From positions 14,260,001-14,324,000 of the forward strand of contig OZ365109.1 in assembly GCA_977030845.1 (NCBI GenBank): DNA of 64,000 nt, in the 5' to 3' direction. The DNA is from Fimbriosthenelais zetlandica (lineage: Eukaryota). Each line of letters starts with the position of its first letter. The first letter of the stretch is position 1. Under the pieces are notes generated by a model. It searched no databases and was not told where the DNA came from. It saw only the letters and a list, made by a program, of their open reading frames with translations. Of the stretch, positions 38,365 to 50,061 are shown piece after piece. A program made the translations under genes and the position numbers.

Positions 38365-41300
38365 ATGGATGGGTTTTCAAATTCATATGCAACAAAAAAT
38401 GGATCAACAGATATTAAGGATCTGGTCGAATGTGCCAGAATCCAATCAGATATTTATATCATTTATACAGTATCAATCGGTCCAGCTGTAAGTATATTAT
38501 AATTAAGGCATGACTCTCTAGAGGTACATGCATACATTTGTCACACTGTTAATATCCCGTTGTTATTAGTTGATTTATTCAATATTCAACTATTAGAGCA
38601 CATATAATTCTCACTGGAATCTTAAATACCGCTACACACTGTACATGTATTAAGTTTAATGACTCTGGTTCATTCCAGGTACTTATAATTCTGACACTAA
38701 GTTTCTTTAGAAAAAGGAAAAGGAAATGTCCAGACTTTTGCAACGGGAGACCAGGAGTTGTTGTGTGAGTTATTGACTTATGCCAGTCATGTCATTGATA
38801 TGAGATCCATATTGACTTTGAAAGTCTCAGTAAAAGTTCATAATGGAATTTCTGTTGATAAGCAATGGCATTGGAGTTACTTAGGTCTTTGAGTTTGAGC
38901 ATACATTAGGTGGGCCTGTCTTTTTGAGACAGTATCTTCCAATAATATACTGAAAATTGAAATATTTTAGACCTCTGAATCTTCTGGACGAGTTTGAACA
39001 TAGGTGGTCCTATGCCTGTGCATTTGGAGCCATAACTAACACCATCCTCAGCATACTCACTGGGGCAGAATTGCCCCGGTCACAGAATGAGAATCTTCTG
39101 AGTAGCATCAAAGGTGAGTGACTCAGGGAGGAAATTAATGTGCTCGGTGGCTGGCCCACTAGCTCATGGAATGTCTTAATCAGGTGTCAACTTTCTCATA
39201 GTGAGGAATACACCAATAGCACTGTTCACAGGTGGCACACTCTACCTATTCTGTTCTATCTCTATTTTATACTTTACATATAGAAAAGTGTGGATTTCTA
39301 ACTGTTAACTCTCGGAAGATGTGCCAGGAACAGGGTTGAACTGGCGATATTAAATTTTGTTTTTTTCAGTGTTATTGTCGTTCTACCGGGCACTTGAGAC
39401 TTGCATCCTCTTTTTTCCATTCTTCGCATGTCTCTACACAGATCAAATATTACTAGGATCAGTTCTGGGATTTCTCTATGCAGTTTCATGGTATGACATG
39501 CTTTTCAAAACTATGTCTATTTCAATGCTTTGTGATTTCTGATTGTAATATTTTGTGACAGTATCGACCATCATTAACGAAATTCCATCTGAATTTTAGG
39601 ACAATAATCAAATTTGTACAAGTCGCCCAGTGCCCCGATCCAATCCCAGAGGTAAATGACCATTCATTCACTATTCGTTATAACCAATTGTAATTGAAGT
39701 TATTTATTCAATCTATGCACCATAAATCTGTGTAGAGACCAATTGAATACCATCATTCTATTCTATGCAAATAAAACTTAATCTTTGGATGTTATACACT
39801 TTATATATCAATGGAAGACAGGAATGGAAGAGTACTGGAATTCATTGAGAGAGAACCCATGATTTTGGTGTTTTCTTTTAGGTACTCCCATATGCAACTT
39901 TACTAGCACAGCTGCCGACCATTATTTGTTTGGTTGTACTCTTGATTAGATATGCCAGTACGTGTGTCCTCTACATCCTGGGTAAACGCGGGGGTAGTAC
40001 TCTTCAAAGGGTAAGTTATCTGGATGAGAGACCTTCATCTCAACTGCCTAGATCTGCAGATCAACCTTATATTAGGACCATTCACATTAGAAAAATTCCG
40101 ACATTTACTTTGAATGCAGATTTGAACTGGGCTTCAGTCAGACCAGGGGCTCCTTTAATAAAATTTAAGTTTACAAAATAAACTCAATGGGATAGCAGCA
40201 AGCAATTTTCAGGAATAAAAAACCAATTCCAACTTGATTATATCATTATATGGCCTAAGTATTATTGCAAATTTGTCTGTCAATTCAGCATTGAAAAATG
40301 TGTCCATGTTCATACAGATAGAGGACTCGGTAGTGTTTCCCTTCCAAATTGATTACGTGAAGGAACTGCTCAAAAAACCACCACCAGAAGTGTAAGTATA
40401 TACTTTTAACAGAGTACTTATACTTTGTGACTTCAGCAAACCTAAACCGGCAATTAATTCTTGTTAAATATAATTATGTAATGTTAAAATAAAAATATAT
40501 ACAAACTAGCTCTAGTCATTAGTATTGCCCATATATAAATATTCTTCCCAGGGACTGGAAGTCGAAAGAGTTGTCTATGCTGAAAAAAATTAGGGCTTAC
40601 TTCAAGAAATATTACTATGATGAAAGACATCACTTCAAATTCTCCACACGAGTTCTCTGTACCTTGTGTGTGATTTCCATCTGTAACTATCAGGCAAGTT
40701 ACATTAATATATTTAACATGATTTTCCTAATTCATATAAAAGTTAAAGAGTCAATGGCCAATTAAAAGTCCTTTGGAAAACGGAAGAGATCACAAAACCG
40801 TTTTGAGCAAAAAAAGAAGTCATAGATGAACAATGTGACGGAAGTTTAAACAAATTGACAATGATAAAATCGTTCAATAAAAGATAAGAATAAATAACCA
40901 TGTGGTTTCTCTTTAGATGAGTCTGGTAGAGATTACCATTAGTGCCTCAGCCATGCAGGGTCTGGACGACATGGCTGAATCAATCGTCAATATGTCTGGC
41001 ATTTTAAATTCAAATACGACAAGATCAATCCAGGAGAATGTTGACACAGTGCTCATATTGGGAAAGGGTAAGATACTGATTTTATGTTTTGACGATATTG
41101 ACTTTGAAGTCATTCCATTGGTACTGGTATACTTTTGCCACACAAGGCAATCTCTAGGCTTCACTTTCTAATAAAATTGGCCACTTAAGGTTCCCATATT
41201 ATGGACATTTAATATTTCAACTTTCCTAGATAATATTTTCACATTTTATAACAGTTTTGTTCGACTGCTTTTCTTAGCTTCGTGGGATATTTCAACAGGC

Positions 41301-44300
41301 GTCGCCTTCTTGGTGTTGACCTTTGCAGTTACAGGAACATTAAGCAACTATAGGTGAGCAATTACCAATTCTCATGAAAATTCTCGCAGTCGTTAAAAAT
41401 AGACTGGCAGGTAATTTTAACAGTCTCCCGTGCAGAAAAAAACAATCATTGTTCTTATCAATTTAATGGAAGTTACAGACAGTAACCATGCAAGATCTTT
41501 CAAATCCTCGTTAATTCCTTGTTCCTGAATAAGCAAGTGCTTACCCATTATCTCAAAGGAATGGGAAGCATCTCAAATATATATATTTTTGTTTCCCATC
41601 AAACATTTCGTTTTCCTATTTTGTATCAATTTATCGGTGCACAAAACGGAATCACTCCATCAATTTTCATCGAATGTATTATTGGCTCAATGGCCAATGA
41701 CCAGTGAATCTGAATACCGAGAAAAAAATTGAATAATTCTAGAATTCCTATTTAATTTTCAGGACTCATCTTTTATCGCTTTATAGAGGCGACAGGTCAT
41801 TCGTTCCCCTTAAATATAAAGCCACGGCAGCTGAATATTTGGTCAGTACTAAACAGTGATATTTAGTTAAAATAATGAGAAGGCAAATTGCTGCCATGGC
41901 AACACTATCACCAAACATTGCACTCTGACAATCCCTACGGATAAGATAGCCTAGATGCATGGCATTCTCGTCAAGGAAAATAATTCTTTCGTCGTACCCT
42001 GCTGAAGAAATAAATGCTATACAGTTCTAAATACATGAACTCTGGATGTATTTTGTAGGCAAACAGCATGAAATTCTCTGGTTATCAGATTGCGTTTGTA
42101 ATATGGGGTGAGATATAGTATTTTTCCTGATTTTCTAATTTGTCCTGCCTGTTACAGTTATAAACTTTCTCGAAAACTTATTAAGTTTAAAACTATCCTG
42201 CTGATTTCAGGACATGTGGTGATGATGCTTGCTCTGTTATGTGTCACCTTTGTTGTGTCCTTTGCATTGATTTTGCCTGCTCTTAATGGGAACTGGACCG
42301 TTATCAGTTACATTCTTCAAGTATTAGTGTATGTATTTCTTTTACACTCATGTAATAATACACTAGACATTTAATATCAGTGCTACTTAAAAGGCATTGA
42401 TTCTCAGCAAAAGTCAATTTTTCAACAGAATATTCTAAACTTTCTTCTTGTTAATCAGTAGCTAATTTTTATGCGGTTTAATTTCACTCATGTATCTCCT
42501 TTCTGTTTCAGTCTACCATTTATTGTATCAATGCTCATCCGAATAGGTCAGAGACTAGCATCTAAGTATGGTTTCCTTCAAGACAAGCTTGAGCCCAATG
42601 ATGAGGATCAGCCATTAGCCGTAACAAACAGGTATATATCGTCTTAAAACTTGCACCCTTGCAGGATAGCAATAGTGTAACGTACTCTGCAGTTTTCCTG
42701 TTTTATGTTATAATAATTATTATTAATGTAGGCCTATCACTGTAGTATTCATGTACAAAAAGATACACATAAAAGAAGTAAAAAATATAGGATGGAATTC
42801 AGTCAGCTGAACTGCACAGCCTATACCAATATATTTTTCATCTTGATATTTAACAGTCCCACTTATTTAGTAGCAGGGTAGTTATATATGCTACTTGTAA
42901 CGTTAGTTGTGTACACCAGGGGAGAGCTTTCTAGGGTAGTCCGGTTAATATTTGTCACATAAAATAGCGCCCAAGTTGAAGCCCATCGACAGTGCATTAT
43001 GCCCTAGCTGACGGCTTTATTACCTCTCTCTCTCCCTCTCACTCTCTCCTTTCTCCAGGCGGGCTCTACACGTGGCCAATTATTTTTTCTTTGTGGCTAA
43101 CGTGGCCACAGGTTTCTTCTCCAGTCTCATGAGAATCCTCAAGGGATCTCTCTTCGGAGTTTTCTATATCGGACGCATGGACCAGTGTGTGATGATGTCA
43201 GGGTTTGAGCGCAGTGATAATGGTGCGTTTTACAATTTTGTTTCTTTTCATTTGATCGATTTCATCTTATATTCGGTCAGGAAATTCCTAACCAAATACC
43301 TGGGTCAATTCTGAAGCCAACGTGGGTAGAGGCATAGAACTGTAGTGAGCCCTATAGTTCTATGGTAGGAGCCAACCTTGTAAAGTTGATCTGCCTCACA
43401 GTTTCAAAAGAACGGATCATTAATGGACTAAATTCCATATTAATCGGGGTATCCACAGGTTTCAACTCTTACATTGGGATGCTTGAAGTGGAGCTGACTT
43501 TAAACCACCCTGTTCTCAGAGTGTTCTGTCACATTGTAAATCAAATACCAGCAGACCAAGAAAGAGAAACAGACGGGCATAATCAACCACCATACTCGAG
43601 ACGGCCTGGTCAGATATTAACTCAAAGTCTCTCCAACATACCAGGTAAATATTGCATCCAATACTATAAAACAGAAAAAAACAGCTTGTATCTAGTCTAC
43701 AACATTTTCAACAGGCATGTTTATTTAAGTAAACCTACATGATAGATTTACCGTTTTATTCTTGCGTGAATATTATGCAAAAATGTAAAACTAACTACGA
43801 TTAACTCGATAAAAATATCCTTTAGAAATGACTACACCGATAATCTGATAAAACTTCTACAACCATGAGGGCAACTACGATTGATATTGCCAATTACAAC
43901 CTTAGAGCTACATAATGTGAAATGCCTTTTCGGCATATATATTTTCAATATTAAACATTGGAAATAAATTTCCATTTCCAACAGTGTATGAACCTCGATC
44001 AAGGGGAGTTAGAAAGTAAAATTACAGATGCGAAAAACACTACTCATTCCAGAAACTGTATTCCATATAACTTATTTTCATGTTTCGTGTTGCTGAAAAA
44101 GGCATCACATACGGAGCGACTGAAAGTGTTGAGGTGGACAACATTTCAGACATCTCAGGCGTTCATGACAAGCCTGGCAAATCAAGATCACGTTCACGAA
44201 CCCGGTGGTTACTTCTCTACACGCTCATAAATAATCCTCAACTCATTCACTACCGCCATCTGGGTGGATTAAAAGACGACAGAGACTCCACAATTACTGA

Positions 44301-44703
44301 GTTACTCACTACCTCACACTCACTATATGCTCGCTACAAGCTCTACACACAAATCAAAGCCAACCTGGCTGAGATGGAAATAGAATTAATGAAGGAAAGA
44401 AGGAGACTGAAGGACGCCGAGGTGAAGGAAAAGGATGTGGTTGAAATGGAAAGCGAGTGTGGAAATGGTAAAGACACAAATCTAGCAGATGAATGCTCCA
44501 GGGTTGATGGAAATGTTTTAGATGGAATGGATGGAAGTTCTATAAAAGATCACAAAGAAATATTTGACAGGAGCAGAGATGTCGAAGAAAATCCAGTGTT
44601 ATTCGAACCCCATACCAAGAACAAGATATATTCCAATCCACAAGAATTAGAGGAAGCTGATGACAATCTATCCAACATAGAATCTTCATCCACGTCCCTT
44701 TAA
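38365..44703 (+). CDS. STRA6L: STRA6-like (STRA6/RBPR2 family) multipass membrane receptor, about 15 coding exons
   Basis: In-phase GT-AG exons from ~38345 to 44703, e.g. 38679-38764, 38971-39113, 39370-39490, 39600-39651, from 39882, from 40917, from 43060 and 44102-44703. They encode CNGRPGVVVPLNLL..RWSYACAFGA, LFFPFFACL, YVKELLKKPP, FKFSTR, SMKFSGYQIAFVIWG, PLAVTNR, GRMDQ, NHPVLRVFCH and RTRWLLLYTLINNPQL, all STRA6-family motifs. The start is uncertain; ATG 38365 was used. Confidence 0.9.
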
Positions 44704-45345
44704 TGTTGATTTAAATAGCTAACATTGACCCATTCGTCATCAAAATGTCTGAACTTGCTCATTGAATCATCAAAATAATGAACGATATTGTATAATACAT
44801 ACACAGTATATTATTTATAGTCTATGGTGTTAATAAAATATTGATATTATAACATTTTTCTTGTTGTGAGCGCTGTTGCACAAGCACTGCAGTCTTTGTA
44901 TATTAAATTAAAGTTACAAGTATTAATATTGTTATATACAACATTGCTACGAGTTGTAGCTTTTGTCTTACCTTGCGCTGAACACATCTGGTGACATAAC
45001 TATAGCACGTACAAATACAAGACAGTTTAGCAAGTGTTTGACAGGTCCATTAACAATTCCAAATCAAACTGACTGTTTTGTCCCACGGCAAGATCGACTT
45101 GGTTGCATCCTTGTTCCTAAAACATAATATTATACTCATCCGTTTATTCTGATGAATAATTTGACCGAAATATAGTGTGAGCCATCTCAAGATTCTATCG
45201 AGAGATCAGGAAACAGAGATGTCTAAGTGTTAGATGACTAAAAGTAAATGATCAAAAAGCATCATCAGAAATTAAAGAACGTTATACATGTCTGACTATC
45301 TCTTATTACACAAACACATTTCCTATATAGATAACATAGATAGGC

Positions 45346-47592
45346 CTAACTACCTCTGATTTGCTTTTTCTGTTTGGTTGTCCGTCTTGGGGTTAGGGTT
45401 TTGGGAGTTGCGGGGACAGGTTCTGTCTTGACAGAAGGTGTAGTCTTTATGGAACTAGAAACAGACTTCGCCCTGCCCTTTCTTGCCTTTGCAGATGATT
45501 GCTTTGGTGTTTCGTCCATGTTTGGATCGTCTTTCTTGACCTTCCGAACTTTCTTGGAGTTTGGCGGATCTTCAGCGTCGTCCTGCAAGGCAAAAGGAAA
45601 GGAAAGTTATTGAGTTAGTGAGCAATTGTGTGGATTACTCAGAAATCTGGGGATGAGTATCTGGAGAATTTCACTTACTTCTTCCTTGGTTCTCTTGGTG
45701 GACTTCTTCGCCCTGGCCACCTTACCTCGCGTTTTAGTATCTGAAAATAAGAGAGAAATTAAATGACTGACGACTAAATACAGAGGAAGGCCTAAGAAAT
45801 GTTCAGATCGTCCCCTGAAAGGCTACGGTAATTCATTTTTTCAATACGCAGTGTAATTTAAAGCAAAAGAAAAAGTGTTAATATTTTACCCATACCTTTG
45901 GGTTTGAGTGGGCCTGCTGGACCAGTGAACCATATAGTCCGGCCATTATGGTCCACTAAGTTGGTCATTCCATCTTTATAGTAACACTGTAACCACGACA
46001 TGAATACGGAAAACCCCTCGGCGTCTCCACGAGGATCGTAGATATTACCTTTCCCCTCATCTGAAATGAAAGATTCGAAATGGTCAGATATTTAGCCTTA
46101 ACCCATTTCCATCGAATATATATCGACCGTGTCTTGTAGGTACTGCATGGTTACACAGGTAGGCCTACATACCATCAGAATATAATTGAAAGGTATAATT
46201 TAATCGTATACGAATTCGTTATAATTTATTATATTTATTTGTAATTCAGCCCTGCCAATACGTTCATGCAGTAATTGAATATATATAATAATATATGACT
46301 CACTTAGGTTGAGTACCTCCAGGGGGAGAAGATTACAGAGTTTTAGCAGATCGTCCGCCTCCGATTTGACACCCAGTTCTTCAGCCTCCCTGATAGGTTC
46401 CAAGACAGAACGGGCCAAGGCAAATGGTGGAATACGTAGCCTGGAAAGTCAATTCAAATTAATACACATGTACTTCAGAGAAATAACATTAATTGTAGAT
46501 CAGAAATTTAAGTGAAAATTAAAATTTAGGCATCGAATATGGCGCCGGCACACTATAGATTTTAATATCTAAATGTATAACTAAAAATCCTCGATAGTAA
46601 TTCAAATCACCTGTATAAAATTTCTGCTCGCAGATAGTTCCCGGTACCATTGAAGAATTTCTGATTAAGGAGAGCTTCACAAATTGGTTTATTAAACGCA
46701 ACATCTTGTAGATTCTTGAGGACATTGCTCCTGAAATATACACACAAGTAGGCCTATAGGCTATTTATTATGTACAACAGTAGAAATGAATCAATTGCTT
46801 TTAAATCAATCGTAGTTTAATTATATGTAATAAAGCTGGGCTCGCTCTATACCCGATCGCACTGTCGCAATTTGCGAATAAAAATGCTACTTTGCTAAAA
46901 GAAAATGACTGTTATTCGCAAAGTTTGCGAAATAAAAATTACGCCTAACTATTTTGAATTGAAAGTGCATTTAACCTCTGGGTACAAACCAATGAGAGGA
47001 AAAGATGGAATAAATTAAAGGGGGAATAAATTAAAGGTAGGTAATAAAAGGAAGGTAGGCTACTATAGGGCGGCTATAGGGAAGGTACTATAGGGAAGGC
47101 CTACCTGAAAAGGTCATATTCCAGTATGATGCAGGGTCCTCGATCTTTGCCCCATTCATCCGTGATTTCCCATCTTCCAAACCTTCTATAATCATTGAAA
47201 CTAAGAACCATGTCATCGTCACGGGAGAAAAAATTCAAGTGATTGTGTTTTTCCATTTCGGACTTGGGTTTGAAGAGGAATTTTCCCGACATACCAAATC
47301 TGAACAAAATATTGATTGGATCTGTCTTCTTTGTTTCGGGTTCATTCTTTGATATATTTTTCTTCTTAGGCCTACCCTTTTTATCTCTGGGAAGTTGATC
47401 GGGTACAGAAAGTGTCAGGCGAACTTCTTTACCCCTTGCTGTAGCTGAGATTATGTAAGCCGGTTCATCCCAGGGGATGTCAGGGTTTTTAGTTGATACT
47501 TCAGATTTCAGTACTTTCCCTGAATAGATCCTACCCTCGCTTACTCGATTGACTAACCTCGCGGCTGTGTGTAGCTCTGGTCCTTCTGGCAT
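45346..47592 (-). CDS. NEIL1: Endonuclease VIII-like 1 DNA glycosylase, 6 coding exons
   Basis: Exons 47592-47105, 46730-46611, 46440-46304, 46060-45896, 45740-45679 and 45582-45346. Catalytic N-terminus MPEGPELH, ARGKE, FRFGMSG, F.DYRRFG.W, LLNQKFFNG.GNYLRAEILYR, zincless-finger DHNGRTIWF and a basic disordered tail. Confidence 0.95.
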
Positions 47593-47849
47593 GATTATGA
47601 TGATTCTAAACCAACAAGTTGAAGAATTGAAGCAGTTTTCCTGTCTGACAACCTATTATTAGTGCAATGTTTATTCCCTTCCACCGTATCCACGTGGTGC
47701 AAGAGGCTATGTTATGAAAGTCGAAAGTAGGTCAACCCTCCTATCAATTAAAATAAAATGTTATGGGGATTATGGCACATGACACCTCATAAAGAAGGAA
47801 CAGATAATACCCTGAATTTAGTAAGGTATTAGTATATTAACATAGTCCT

Positions 47850-48170
47850 ACATATGCCCAGTTAGGCCTAGCCTCATGGCATTGTTTTCAATGACGTAAG
47901 CCTCCAGGTATTTGCGCGCGCCCATCTGGGTCGGTGTTCGAACACCTGCCGAAGAGTAGGCTAACGCCTTATCCGAACGGATCCCGGCGTAGGCCTGCCC
48001 TAACAAGTCATAATTATCCGATAAAGGAAGTAGACATACCCCTTGCCTACGTGGTGAACGTGTGAGAATAAAGGTGAGTTTGATCCATGACATTGTCATT
48101 CTTTTTGAAGGCCTAATATTAGTTCTCAACTTCTCCACGAGGTGGCTGTACTGTTTTCCCGCCACGGTAA
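47850..48170. promoter_or_regulatory. Candidate bidirectional promoter and 5' UTR exons between NEIL1 and the C5orf63-like gene
   Basis: The two ATGs diverge 728 bp apart. The region has a CRE-like TGACGTAA (~47892), GCGCGCGC, the 14-bp palindrome GGTGTTCGAACACC (47933-47946), and plus-strand donors at ~48073 and ~48167. Confidence 0.5.
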
Positions 48171-48320
48171 GTTAATTTGTGCAGGGTTGTACCGGTAGGC
48201 CTACGCTAACCCCTGTAGGCTTATATTAGAACTAGGAGGCCTTTAGCATTGGCTATTCCATTGCGCCTAATTATTATTTTACTGATCCATTTATTTAAGA
48301 ATTTTACTTGGTTATAGAAC

Positions 48321-48844
48321 ATGGAAATTCTTCTTCGGAATGGGAAGAGATTGGTCCCGTATATCAATATGGTACGGCCAGGCGTCTCAACATTAACCTC
48401 TGGTCGTAGATTCATCAGTGCAAGTCCTTGGATGCAAACCTTCAAAAATGTATTACCAATCCTAACTTTGTATACAAAAGAAGACTGCACATTATGCGAT
48501 GAAGCGATAGACGTTCTTCGACCACATTTACATAAGGTAGGCCTACGTTGCTAAAACTAAAACTATAATTTAGTTGTAGCTAGGGCATACAGTAGGCCTA
48601 GTTTTCATATATGCATACATTTTCATTGCGTATTTATAACTTTAAAAAAAATCCATTTCAGGTGACCTTTGAGAAAGTTGATATCACAGAAGCTGGCAAT
48701 GAACATTTATATGGGAAGTTCAGATATGACATTCCTGTTTTCCACTTGAATGGAAAGTACCTTATGAAACACTGTGCAGATGTGGAGCTATTCCTTGAAA
48801 GACTCAAGTCTATACGAGACAATATAGAAACAAAAAGGACCTAA
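48321..48844 (+). CDS. C5orf63: Glutaredoxin-like protein, C5orf63 homologue (2 exons)
   Basis: Exons 48321-48536 and 48662-48844. A basic N-terminal presequence-like segment precedes LTLYTKEDCTLCDEA (CxxC), VDIT...YRF.YDIPVFHLNGKYLMKH. Confidence 0.88.
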
Positions 48845-50061
48845 ATTAGATGAAAAAATAAATATAGATCTATACCTTACCTAGGCTACATCAAGTCTTA
48901 TTCTTCAGTTTATTTTAAACACGGTATCAACCAACCTTTTGGCGGATAAGCAAGTCAAACTTTTTGTGGTACTTTCTTTTCTCTTTTTAATATCTCTGGT
49001 TTTCTTTCATTTTCTTTCTTTATATGTGAAAACATTTCTCACGGCCCGTGAAAACCATGAGCTCTTCCTGTGTCTAAACAAGCGATGAGGTCAGACTACT
49101 CTAGCCGCGCAGTAGCAGCATGGGGCCACACGAGCAGCTCAACACCCACTCACTGAGTTGCTCGTGGTCTTCTCATTGTGGGTGTCTATATTGTAAATAC
49201 TAGGCAAGTTTAGATTAGCCAGCGTCCTGCCATTATTTTTTTATAATTTAAAAATAATTCTTATAATGTAGTGGGAGCATACATACTTATTATTATTAGC
49301 TTATTTTTCTACTTGAGGTTACTGTGGAAATTTTTAATAGATATATCTTTGTTTTTTTTTTAAATCATCTAAAACTTAACAGATTTAAAATAACCTTTGG
49401 TGAAGTAAAGTGTAAAAATCGCCATCTTGTTCAGCATAAATTGTAGATTCTAGAAAATAAGGTAACATTAAATTCAATATTTCGGAGCAAGTCTATTAGT
49501 AAGACAATATGACGGGCTGGAGGCAGACGTCATCTTTGTGGTTTCTCTACGATCTCTGGTCCCTGGCATTACTTGGAACCAAGAAAGCTTGAGCATCAGT
49601 AATCCTGCCAAGATCTGTGCCAACAGCAGTGATCACTCGTTAAAAAGTAAGTAGGCATATATAATGCGCTCTTTGTGATAATATGTAAGCATTAAATGAA
49701 TGTATACAATGTTTTTCCTATTTTTTGGGTGAAACTGAAACTGAAAAAAGTTCAACTTTGTGCGTGTTGTCCCTTCAAGATTTTTCGAGTCTAGTTACTA
49801 TTATTTTTGGAACTTATATTAAAAATATAAATATTTTCCACATCTCTATATATATGTGTTATGTCAAAATCCATTTTTGCGAATTTGGACTCATTTGTCA
49901 TCATAGCATTCTCGATTTTGCCCCAGATTAAATGATACTTAAGTCTACTCAGATTACCCAATATAAGGCACAAAAAGCCTCATGGGTCAATGTTCCAATG
50001 CGATCTTGATTCCTCATGAGTTAATCATGCTGACAAATAGTTTTTTGTTTTATAAGGGAAG

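Noticed and set aside
49083-49156. C/D-box snoRNA or SECIS reading of the 49 kb island (GCGATGA...CTGA)
   Set aside because: Box C is mismatched with no terminal stem, and there is no SECIS quartet or in-frame TGA in the upstream gene.
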